IMG/VR virus record: IMGVR_UViG_3300037722_000461
Coordinates: 1 to 41,529 of that record
From: a virus
Taxonomy: Duplodnaviria > Caudoviricetes
DNA length: 41,529 bases
Reading direction: 5' to 3' (one strand)
A program made the position numbers and the translations under genes. Of the stretch, positions 28,296-35,970 are shown one piece after another; the first letter of the stretch is position 1; every line of letters starts with the position of its first letter. The notes under the pieces are model-generated. The model did no database searches, had not been told where the DNA came from, and saw nothing but the letters and a program-made list of their open reading frames with translations.

Positions 28296-28455
28296 GCCGA
28301 ATGGCGCGAGCGTCACCTGACGTCCGCCGTTTTGAGAACTGCGCTCACCGCTTCGTAAGACTCTTCTGAAAGCAAGTCCATTTCGTTATCGTGCCTGTCT
28401 CGAATTGTGCGGAGCAGTTCGATGGCGGAACGTTCAGGTGCACGCAGAGTTGGGC
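28296..28455 (-). repeat. attC3
   Basis: GCCCAAC-tct-GCGT[G]CACCTG[A]ACG...CGT-CAGGTG-ACGC-tcgcgcc-ATTCGGC. Confidence 0.85.
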
Positions 28456-28642
28456 TGCGCGGGTCAAGGCAAAAAGCATTGTCATAAATGAAATTAGCCA
28501 GTCGAGATACTTCATCTGCAAATGTTTTTAACATTGCCGCCGTCGTTTCTGGCGAGATACCATTGTCCCAATAGTACTCATTCAGCGCATCTCTCATTGC
28601 CTGATATTTTTCAGAGTTTCTCGTAACATCTATTTGCGACAT
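28313..28642 (-). CDS. Cassette 3 ORF, hypothetical
   Basis: GAAAGGT RBS; reads through the attC left arm (PTLRAP); stop lies within L'. Confidence 0.7.
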   Translation of the reverse strand: MSQIDVTRNSEKYQAMRDALNEYYWDNGISPETTAAMLKTFADEVSRLANFIYDNAFCLDPRSPTLRAPERSAIELLRTIRDRHDNEMDLLSEESYEAVSAVLKTADVR

Positions 28643-28739
28643 ACTTTACCTTTCTACTAAAGCGCAGGTCAATCTCTGCGTTTACGCTCGCGCCATTGGG
28701 CTGACCAAGCCCCCCGCCTTTTGGGGGAGCGAAGCGTCA

Positions 28740-28967
28740 GCCCAATGGGGCGCGGAATAAGCGGCGAGCGGGGCGTTTAGAAAAGCCGCCATCTTTCGTG
28801 CCAAATATTTACTCGACATCGGGAAGCCACGGTTCACTCCCAAAAGGGACGAACATTTGGCAACCTTCACATTTATAGCCATAGTATCCTTTCTTCCAGT
28901 CGTGCTTATTAGGATTGCACGATGGGCTTTTCTGCCCCGCATCGACCGCTTCATTCCGCAGTTCGTC
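28740..28967 (-). repeat. attC2
   Basis: GACGAAC-t-GCGGAAT[G]AAGCGG[T]CGA.GCGGGG...CCCCGC-TCG-CCGCTT-ATTCCGC-gcccc-ATTGGGC. Confidence 0.85.
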
Positions 28968-29078
28968 GGCGCGTATCTGGCTCGTGTTGATGACTTCAAG
29001 TTCACACTTGCAGGCGACGCACCAATTGTAGAGAGTATTAAAGTAGACTTGTCGGCATGACGGGCAATATAGAAACAT
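28809..29078 (-). CDS. Cassette 2 ORF: two Cys-rich modules
   Basis: AAGGAG RBS; CPSC..CVAC, then C....H....CEGC in the attC2 loop. Confidence 0.7.
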   Translation of the reverse strand: MFLYCPSCRQVYFNTLYNWCVACKCELEVINTSQIRADELRNEAVDAGQKSPSCNPNKHDWKKGYYGYKCEGCQMFVPFGSEPWLPDVE

Positions 29079-29176
29079 AGCGACACTCCTTTACTTTCTG
29101 GAGACGGGCTGAGGAATGTATCCCGCGCCCCATTCGTCGGACCAAGCCCCCCGCAGTTTGGGGGAGCGAAGCGTCA

Positions 29177-29410
29177 GCCCAATGGCGCGAGCGTCACCTG
29201 CAAGGGCGACGTTCACGCAGAAATCGGTTTCCCGCAATGAAAACAAAAAAAGACTTCGTTTTCGTCAAGGTCACCGTCAATAAAACAATACGCGCTTCCA
29301 CACGCGGTATCATACGAGCTACTTTCCTCGTCATCATTGCGCGTCCAGCTACACGTTTGCACGGACGATTTCGGAGTGTCGTCCTTGACAGGTGCACGCA
29401 GTAGTTGGGC
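29177..29410 (-). repeat. attC1
   Basis: GCCCAAC-tact-GCGT[G]CACCTG[T]CAAGG.CGAC...GTCG.CCTTG-CAGGTG-ACGC-tcgcgcc-ATTGGGC. Confidence 0.85.
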
Positions 29411-29533
29411 TGCGCGGGGTTGCCATTCATTCACCCACGATGGAGCCAAAAACATGGGGTACTCTTTACAAACCGTCTGTATCCAATAGACAGCATTATT
29501 AATCATTTCATCTTTCGTCAATGTTTGCGACAT
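29213..29533 (-). CDS. Cassette 1 ORF with C-terminal Zn-ribbon domain
   Basis: GAGAGGT RBS; CSW...TACG...FCFHCGKPI encoded in the attC1 loop. Confidence 0.7.
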   Translation of the reverse strand: MSQTLTKDEMINNAVYWIQTVCKEYPMFLAPSWVNEWQPRAAQLLRAPVKDDTPKSSVQTCSWTRNDDEESSSYDTACGSAYCFIDGDLDENEVFFCFHCGKPISA

Positions 29534-29553
29534 ATTTTACCTCTCAGTTCCTA

Positions 29554-29592
29554 GCAGCCCTACTATCCTTATCCACTTACGGACGGATAATA
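29554..29592 (-). other. Putative attI, overlapping the 3' end of intI
   Basis: ATTATCCGTCCGTAAGTGGATAAGGATA-GTAGGGCTGC; the core is complementary (1 mismatch) to the cassette 1 R'' GCAGCCCAAC. Confidence 0.6.
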
Positions 29593-30602
29593 TTCCACTG
29601 GACAGACTCCAATTTATCCAGCGGACTTTCCACCCCAACGCCCCCAGGGTGGAGAAGATGCAAATAGACCATCGTGGTTTTGATATCCTTGTGTCCCATC
29701 AATTCCTGCACTGTGCGAATGTCGTATCCAGCCCAGAGCAAATGAGTTGCATAACAATGGCGGAATACGTGTGGTGTGACACGTTTCGTGATCCCAGCCT
29801 TGATAGTCGCTCTGCGGATCGCCCGTTGCAGTTCGCTCTCGTGCTGATGGTGCCGTCGGCGGATCTTCGTCTCAGGGTCTACGCTGTAATTCTGCGCAGG
29901 AAATACCCAGAACCAACCCCAATCACAGCCGATGTTTGGATATTTCCTGTCCAGCGCTCCAGGGACGTATACACCAGGCATCCCGCGCTGTTGATCGATA
30001 TTCCAGAAATTCCGCGCAATGGACATCTGATCCATCAACGGCTTGACCAGTGTGTTCGGCAATGGGACCGTGCGATCTTTGTCCCCCTTGCCGCCTCGCA
30101 CCGTGACAGTCATCAACCCGAAATCAATATCCTTGGTCCGCAACTGTTGACACTCATTCAGTCGCAGACCACACCCATACAGTAACCGCGCCATCAAATT
30201 TAACGGATCGCCATCTACGTGATTCAAGACACGCGCCGTATCCTCGCGGTTCAATACTGACGGCAGTCTCTTCCCTTCCTTCGCTCGCATGGACTCCACT
30301 CCCCGAATGTCCACACCCAGAATTTCACGGTAAAGGAATAGGATCGCATGGAGACATTGATTCTGTGTTGAAGCGGCAACCTTAGCAGTGTTGGCAAGAT
30401 GATTTAAATACTTTTCGATCTCCGCTTTTCCCATCTCGCGCGGATGCCGCTTTCCGTGGAAGAGGATGAACCGTCTGCACCAGGTCACATAGGTTGTCAG
30501 TGTTTTTCGGCTGTAATGTTTCATGCGGATTTTATCCGCCAGTTGATCAAGTAACTTCGGTTCAGGCATTGACAGCATCTCCTTGTAATTCGGCTTGTCC
30601 AC
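29577..30602 (-). CDS. intI: Integron integrase
   Basis: KLLDQ..IRMKHYS.KT...VAASTQNQ N-domain; GLR, GKGDKDR, HVFRH, LMGH, TMVY catalytic set; IntI-specific insertion VYVPGALDRKYP...W.WFWVFPA. Confidence 0.97.
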   Translation of the reverse strand: MDKPNYKEMLSMPEPKLLDQLADKIRMKHYSRKTLTTYVTWCRRFILFHGKRHPREMGKAEIEKYLNHLANTAKVAASTQNQCLHAILFLYREILGVDIRGVESMRAKEGKRLPSVLNREDTARVLNHVDGDPLNLMARLLYGCGLRLNECQQLRTKDIDFGLMTVTVRGGKGDKDRTVPLPNTLVKPLMDQMSIARNFWNIDQQRGMPGVYVPGALDRKYPNIGCDWGWFWVFPAQNYSVDPETKIRRRHHQHESELQRAIRRATIKAGITKRVTPHVFRHCYATHLLWAGYDIRTVQELMGHKDIKTTMVYLHLLHPGGVGVESPLDKLESVQWNIIRP

Positions 30603-32395
30603 TAGAATCCCAGACCTTCCAAGCTCCTCGATGATGTTGCTTCGCGCAGGGCGGCGACGCGGATGAGGGCGGTGATGGATGCGGCGAGCAGGTCCACGCG
30701 TTTGGTGTCGCCTGCGAACTTTTTGGTTATCATTATGTTTTCCTTCGAATCGGTGATCTGTATGGCGTTGGCCACGTGCGCCCGCAGGAGGGGGTTCCCA
30801 TCGTGGACGAAATTACCAGAGATGACGAGCTCGCGCAGGTATTTTGTGGCTTCTGACAGGCTGGGCATGGTCTGGCGAACCTCGACGCGGGTATAACCAC
30901 GTTCTTCGAAATCGATAGCAAAGCGGGTGGCGGAGTAGGGGTCGTAACAGAGTTCAAAAATGCGGATCTGCCCGTCGAGTTCAGAATCAATGATGAAGTC
31001 ACGCATGACTCTGTCGTCGATCACGTCGCCTGGGTTGGTGGTGATCCAGCCATCGTCAACGTATGTCTGATAGGGTATCTTGTCAGATTTTTCGTGAGCG
31101 GCGATGGCTTCTTCGGGCAGGAACCCGTGAGCGGTGAGGGCGACGCGCTCTTCGTCCATCGAAAAGATAAAGGCGGAGGCGGTGAGATCGATCTTTTTGG
31201 ACAGGTCAGCGCCCACGAGCGCATCCATGCCATGTGTGAGTTCGTCGAAGTCTGCGCGGGGGATGGCGCAGGCATCCCATTGTTCCATGAATTCTCCCAT
31301 ATAGCTGTCTCCTTTTGCGCCGTGTATCCAGAGGTTGAGTTTCTTGATACGGAACTGGCGCACCTTTTCGGGTATCTTGCTATCGAAGGCTGCGTCGTGC
31401 ATTTCTTGGAATTCGGCAATGCCTTCGGGTGTGGCGCACAGCAATGGATTGGCTTTGATCCAGTTGGCGGGTTTGTGTTCTTTGTCGTTCTTGTCGAGCT
31501 CGCGGATCATGACGAAATATCCATCGTTTGGAACGCGACCAGAGACGATCTCCCGGCAGTATTCGATTTCTTTGTAGCAGGACGACTCGGTATCGTTGCC
31601 CGCAGTGGTGATGATGAGCATGAGCGGCTGGAGACGCTGGCCCTGGGCAAGGTCGAGCGCGTCGTAGATCTCAGAAGTCTTGTGCGCCCAGTATTCATCA
31701 ATGACGGAGCAGGTGGGCGAGAAAGCGTCTTTGTTCTGGATGTCGCCCGAAAAGGCTCTCATTTCGCCGCCGCGGTCCTTATGGCGCATGTCGAAGAGTC
31801 CGATCTTGAGGCGTTTGCGAATACTCTTGGATTTTTTTGCCATGTCGCGTGCCGAGTTAAAGCACACTCTGGCTTGTAGTTTATCAACGGCGGCGGTGTA
31901 GACTTCTGGATTTTCCTCCATATCGGCGACCATCATATAGAGCGCGACGCCCGCTATGCGGGTGGTCTTGGCGTTCTTGCGTCCCTCGGTGATAAGTGCC
32001 TTACGGTAGCGGCGGATGCCTACCCTGCGACCATTGGAGCGGGTGATCTTTTTCGCGCGCGAGACCCATCCGAAGATCGAACCGATGTCGAAAACGTGGG
32101 CGGGGATGAGTTCGATGGGCTGTCCGACGAGCCTTCCCTTGATGTGCTGGAGTTCGCGGAACCAGTCGATGGCGACGAACGACGCCTGCGTTTCGTCGAA
32201 CTCCCAGGGGAAAGACCCGTCTTTCTTCGGAACAGCTTTTTTCGTCCCTTTACGCACCCTGGCTCTGAGGGACGAGTTCATCTGCCCTGCGCGGGCAAGG
32301 TCGTGCAGGTGGCGGAAACATGCCTGCCGCTCGGGCGTGCCTGTGATGACTCGGTTCTCGATCACGTCGAGGGCGTAGGATGTGACAGGGTGCAT
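30602..32395 (-). CDS. terL: Terminase large subunit
   Basis: Walker A GRKNAKT, Walker B VIDE, ITTAG, GADLS...DLTA, YDPY, RVD. Confidence 0.95.
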   Translation of the reverse strand: MHPVTSYALDVIENRVITGTPERQACFRHLHDLARAGQMNSSLRARVRKGTKKAVPKKDGSFPWEFDETQASFVAIDWFRELQHIKGRLVGQPIELIPAHVFDIGSIFGWVSRAKKITRSNGRRVGIRRYRKALITEGRKNAKTTRIAGVALYMMVADMEENPEVYTAAVDKLQARVCFNSARDMAKKSKSIRKRLKIGLFDMRHKDRGGEMRAFSGDIQNKDAFSPTCSVIDEYWAHKTSEIYDALDLAQGQRLQPLMLIITTAGNDTESSCYKEIEYCREIVSGRVPNDGYFVMIRELDKNDKEHKPANWIKANPLLCATPEGIAEFQEMHDAAFDSKIPEKVRQFRIKKLNLWIHGAKGDSYMGEFMEQWDACAIPRADFDELTHGMDALVGADLSKKIDLTASAFIFSMDEERVALTAHGFLPEEAIAAHEKSDKIPYQTYVDDGWITTNPGDVIDDRVMRDFIIDSELDGQIRIFELCYDPYSATRFAIDFEERGYTRVEVRQTMPSLSEATKYLRELVISGNFVHDGNPLLRAHVANAIQITDSKENIMITKKFAGDTKRVDLLAASITALIRVAALREATSSRSLEGLGF

Positions 32396-32420
32396 GTTAG
32401 GAGTTTCTCAACTATCCTTA

Positions 32421-32885
32421 TCAATCAAATTCATTTCCAAACTGGTCTTCATCGATTCCGCTGGCGGTCTTCTTGATCAGCCTCGCGCGCGATGCGGGAG
32501 TAAAGCCAAGCCGTTCTGCGGCTCCGATGATGCGCAGTGAATATGTCTGCTTGATCTTGTGCTCATCGAGCGTGGTCTTGCCGTTCTTTTTGGCAAGGCC
32601 ACTGTAACTGGCAAGATTGTCACAGAATACGGCGAGCACATCTCCGTCGAGAGTGTCCAACAGCGTGTCCGGGCTGTTGAGCCCCTTGATCTCTTTGATC
32701 TTGCGCTGCCAGATGGCCTTGGCTTCTTTGTTGAGCCAGGCGGGCGGCTTGAGTGTCACTGACTTGGCCCGCGAAAGCGCGTCTGCGGCTTGCTTGCGAC
32801 GGTCAATTTCGGCGAGGGTGCGATGCTTGCGTCCCTTTGTCTTTTTGGACGGGTCGACGTTGGGGTGGTCCGCTGGGTTGGGCAT
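32421..32885 (-). CDS. terS: Terminase small subunit (P27 family)
   Basis: PPAWL..EAK..W and LGFTPASRARL. Confidence 0.9.
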   Translation of the reverse strand: MPNPADHPNVDPSKKTKGRKHRTLAEIDRRKQAADALSRAKSVTLKPPAWLNKEAKAIWQRKIKEIKGLNSPDTLLDTLDGDVLAVFCDNLASYSGLAKKNGKTTLDEHKIKQTYSLRIIGAAERLGFTPASRARLIKKTASGIDEDQFGNEFD

Positions 32886-32977
32886 GTCACGTCTATGGCG
32901 CCAATGGGGGACTTATCCGCAAGACCGTCTTACATAACGTTACGAGTCTCGAGAATGAAAACATTTTTCGATGGGGT

Positions 32978-33337
32978 TCACCCACGCTGACCCAGGTGGA
33001 CTTCACTCGCTGTTTTGCGCGAGTGATGACGCTTACACTTGGAGTTGTCAGGGACATGTTCAATGGTCTTGAACAGACCCTCGTCGCCATTGTGGCGAAT
33101 GGGATGGTGCACATCCCTCGCCTTGACCCGCCTGCCCTCGCGCAGACAGTCCGAGCAGTAGGGATACATACGCAGCTGCTCCATCCTGAACTCCTGCCAC
33201 CACGTGGAGTGGTAGAGTCGGGTGACCTCTGGATTACGTGTAACGTTTCTGTCATAGCTGTGTCTCTTGCATCTGCCTGCAGTGACCAGTGTGGTGCAAC
33301 CTGGATAGGTACACTCGCGCTTGCTTCTGCTTGGCAT
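32978..33337 (-). CDS. HNH endonuclease, terminase-associated
   Basis: MPSRSKRECTYPGC...CKRH, YPYCSDC, VHH, CKRHHSRKT; position before terS suggests cos packaging. Confidence 0.85.
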   Translation of the reverse strand: MPSRSKRECTYPGCTTLVTAGRCKRHSYDRNVTRNPEVTRLYHSTWWQEFRMEQLRMYPYCSDCLREGRRVKARDVHHPIRHNGDEGLFKTIEHVPDNSKCKRHHSRKTASEVHLGQRG

Positions 33338-33392
33338 GGGATGGGTGCCGGAGACTGTGCGCTGGACTCTACCAGCGCACAGTCTCTGGTCG

Positions 33393-33749
33393 TTATCCTT
33401 TGCCAGTGAGTCTTGCCTTGAGTTCAGGCTTGACACCGAACCAAGACAACACATACATGATGATCCCAAGTATGATGACATTGTCAATCGGCAGGGCAGG
33501 GGCGAAGAAGTGGACGACAAAGACCAGGAATCCCGCCACCAATTGCCAGAATGCAAGCGAGTGTATGATGTCACCCTCAAGTGCACCGCGCGCCCTGACT
33601 GCTGGCACGACCCCAATCAACCCCAGCGCAAACAGGACCAGCGCAAGGATGGACACATTGTCAAGTGGGAAAGCTGCGTAGTAGAATCGGATTGCAAAAC
33701 CGATCAATCCCACGAGAAGTGTCCAGAAGGTAAGACTGTTGTAGATCAT
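33393..33749 (-). CDS. Four-TM membrane protein with internal duplication (holin-like)
   Basis: SLTFWTLLVG / SLAFWQLVAG and LPxDNV repeated; AGGAG RBS. Confidence 0.65.
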   Translation of the reverse strand: MIYNSLTFWTLLVGLIGFAIRFYYAAFPLDNVSILALVLFALGLIGVVPAVRARGALEGDIIHSLAFWQLVAGFLVFVVHFFAPALPIDNVIILGIIMYVLSWFGVKPELKARLTGKG

Positions 33750-33864
33750 TTTCTATTCTCCTTTTCTAAATGCGAATAGCGCCGATCGGACGGACGTGAA
33801 GTCCGCCTGATCAGGCGCTACGCTGATGGTGGGTGCAACGTGCACCCGCTCATTTGTAAAAATA

Positions 33865-34173
33865 TTATACATCGATTCTTATGCCTTCGTACTTGTACCT
33901 GGCTAAGATGCGTCTCAGCACAGACTTGCTCATGAGCCAGCGCGTATTGTGACCGCAGGTGCACGGCACATCACCGAACCCTACGTGGATCATTGAGAAC
34001 TCGGAGCGCACCAGTGCCAGGTCCTTGAGTTGCGTGCCCTTTGCTCGTCCGTTCCTGAGAACGTAAAGCCAGATTGCACGCTGGCCATCGCGGTCCTTGA
34101 TGCCTAGAACCTTCTGACAGCTTGGGTTTCCGCACAGAAAGAGGCGTGGATATGGATTATCGTCTGACATCAC
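33865..34173 (-). CDS. Zn-finger protein, possible late regulator
   Basis: CGNPSC...CTCG; last gene before the late region. Confidence 0.5.
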   Translation of the reverse strand: MMSDDNPYPRLFLCGNPSCQKVLGIKDRDGQRAIWLYVLRNGRAKGTQLKDLALVRSEFSMIHVGFGDVPCTCGHNTRWLMSKSVLRRILARYKYEGIRIDV

Positions 34174-34358
34174 AGTGCCTTGCTTTTTTGCGTCTCATGC
34201 CCGTTCTCCACGCGACACCCATCAGCCCGTCGAAAACAACACAACGCATTCAAAAAGAACCCACGTTGATAATATGCCACACCAAGCATATCCCACTGCT
34301 CGGGATCGCTCCATCCCTGGCAGCGTTGAAATTGCTCTTTCAGTTCATCGTCAGTCAT
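34170..34358 (-). CDS. Small TPR-like hypothetical protein
   Basis: W..LGVAYY.RG...NA..CFRRA. Confidence 0.55.
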   Translation of the reverse strand: MTDDELKEQFQRCQGWSDPEQWDMLGVAYYQRGFFLNALCCFRRADGCRVENGHETQKSKAL

Positions 34359-34929
34359 GTTTCACGTCCAACTGCTTGATCAAACTGCCAACAGGTAAAG
34401 CCTTGCCATTTCGCCTGCTGCCAATGTATTGGGTCACTTCAGGCATCTCAGATTCATCTTCCAGATATCTCGCCGCGGCCACGTCCCACGCCTTGAAAAA
34501 ATGAGCGCGGTCTGCCATCACGTTGTCACCGATGAAGCTGGTCGGCCATCCTAATTGCTGCGCGACGACTTTCACCAGCGGATGGATAAACTTGTACTCT
34601 GCACGCATGATCTCATTCTCATCATTGACAGATACGAGCACGCCGCTTTTTGCCTTCAACAGGTCTTCCCATGCCTCGTAGGCAGTCGGCAATCCTGTGA
34701 TCCTTGCCTTCACAACCGCGCACGCTGTACGGATTTCAGGGATGGATGGGGCAAATGCGGAACCACTTGTCGAAATGTGATGACGCAGACCAGCGACCAG
34801 CAGGTCGTCATCGATGTCCGATAGGTACGCGATCCAGACCCGCGTCGTTTCCTTGGTCGGTTCGAACTTCGGAAAACCGCATAGAACGATTTCAGCGAGC
34901 ACCTTGCCAATTGTGTTTGCATTAGCCAT
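34351..34929 (-). CDS. Replicative helicase loader/inhibitor-like protein (G39P/lambda P-like)
   Basis: VW...LSDID...FAPSIPEIR, AYEAW, DRAHF; follows the initiator. Confidence 0.7.
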   Translation of the reverse strand: MANANTIGKVLAEIVLCGFPKFEPTKETTRVWIAYLSDIDDDLLVAGLRHHISTSGSAFAPSIPEIRTACAVVKARITGLPTAYEAWEDLLKAKSGVLVSVNDENEIMRAEYKFIHPLVKVVAQQLGWPTSFIGDNVMADRAHFFKAWDVAAARYLEDESEMPEVTQYIGSRRNGKALPVGSLIKQLDVKHD

Positions 34930-35704
34930 TGACAGCCTCCACACCGTCTAAAATTTCGGCGATCTTGTCTTCCTGCGTTTTGCCTCTTCTCGTCCTTTTG
35001 CTCTTCGCCTTCTGTACCTTTTCTTCGCGGCTCTTGGGATATCCATTCGCCTCCCAGCCGATCAAAATTTTATCGACATAGTTTTGATGCCTCGCGGCGT
35101 TATCCTCCGCCATTTGCATGGCTTTAAATATCCACTCGTCTTTGTGTTGCTCCATCCACGTATCGATCATGTCGGCGCTCTGTGAATTCAACCCGCCGCC
35201 CGTGATCTCGGACAGTTTTTGCGCGATTGCGCCGAATCTATCATCTCTTAAGTTCTTAATAAGTTCTTTCTTCCCCTCATGTGGTGAGGGACTACCCTCA
35301 TGTGGTGAGGGACTACCCTTTTCAACCTGTTTGGTGATTTGCTCAATGGACAAACCTGAAAACCTCGCAAAATTCTCGATCCACCGGTCCACAACGCGCA
35401 CCACATAGCGGTATCTTTTGCCGCCCATTTCTATGCGCTCCAGGATAACCCAGCCTTTATCAGCAAGGCTCTGGCGCTTCTCACTGGCTTGTCCCTCGCT
35501 CATCTGGCATTTTTTCGCGGTAGTCGGCAGTCCCTCACGGCAGACTCCAACCCGTTTGTAATGTGCCAGCAAACGGAATTCGTAAACGTCCAGACCTGCG
35601 TCATCATAAAGATTCGGTAACTCGGTCCTGTACTTACGCAGGTCAGATTGATCAACAATAATTTGTTCGCCTGGTGTTGGATGGGGTTGGGAACCTGGCA
35701 TCAT
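34922..35704 (-). CDS. Replication initiator (N-terminal wHTH, C-terminal DnaD-like)
   Basis: YVDKILIGW DnaD motif; internal iterons. Confidence 0.8.
   Translation of the reverse strand: MMPGSQPHPTPGEQIIVDQSDLRKYRTELPNLYDDAGLDVYEFRLLAHYKRVGVCREGLPTTAKKCQMSEGQASEKRQSLADKGWVILERIEMGGKRYRYVVRVVDRWIENFARFSGLSIEQITKQVEKGSPSPHEGSPSPHEGKKELIKNLRDDRFGAIAQKLSEITGGGLNSQSADMIDTWMEQHKDEWIFKAMQMAEDNAARHQNYVDKILIGWEANGYPKSREEKVQKAKSKRTRRGKTQEDKIAEILDGVEAVNG
35274..35319. repeat. Origin iterons: 2 x 21 bp, each palindromic
   Basis: CCCTCATGTGGTGAGGGACTA in tandem, next to an AT-rich stretch within the initiator gene. Confidence 0.7.
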
Positions 35705-35970
35705 GCACCTTCCAGTTCACGAGACGCAAGATCAGCCAGCATTTCATTCTGTGCACACAGTACCATTTTGCCCCAAGACTCATACAACCGCAGCCATCTG
35801 GCTTTCACCCGCTCGGCATATTCGAGGGCTTCCGAAGCCCGCTTCCAGATGCGGCGGCAGGCTCTGGCGTAACCCGTGCCTGCCAGCACAGACAGGTAAT
35901 ACTTCCCGCCCGCGAAGGTTTGGTTATTCTCCCGCTTTTTGTCCGCCGTGAGTTTATTTGGATCGATCAT
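35701..35970 (-). CDS. Hypothetical protein
   Basis: ATGA overlaps on both sides. Confidence 0.6.
   Translation of the reverse strand: MIDPNKLTADKKRENNQTFAGGKYYLSVLAGTGYARACRRIWKRASEALEYAERVKARWLRLYESWGKMVLCAQNEMLADLASRELEGA

Larger units (their letters stand above)
23842..29563 (-). mobile_element. Integron gene-cassette array (~8 cassettes), co-oriented with intI
   Basis: Serial attC-like inverted repeats; the 5' core site of most cassettes is complementary to its own R''; short co-oriented ORFs with RBSs. Confidence 0.88.

Noticed and set aside
26926-29410. CRISPR array
   Set aside because: Repeats are imperfect long palindromes separated by ORFs of variable length and no cas genes are present; they fit attC sites.
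29577-30602. intI as a Xer-like or second prophage integrase, or part of a class 1 integron transposon
   Set aside because: It has the IntI-specific insertion and adjacent attCs; no qacE/sul1, tni genes or IS ends are seen.
32886-32977. cos site between HNH and terS
   Set aside because: Expected from synteny, but no specific cohesive-end sequence can be identified from the sequence alone.
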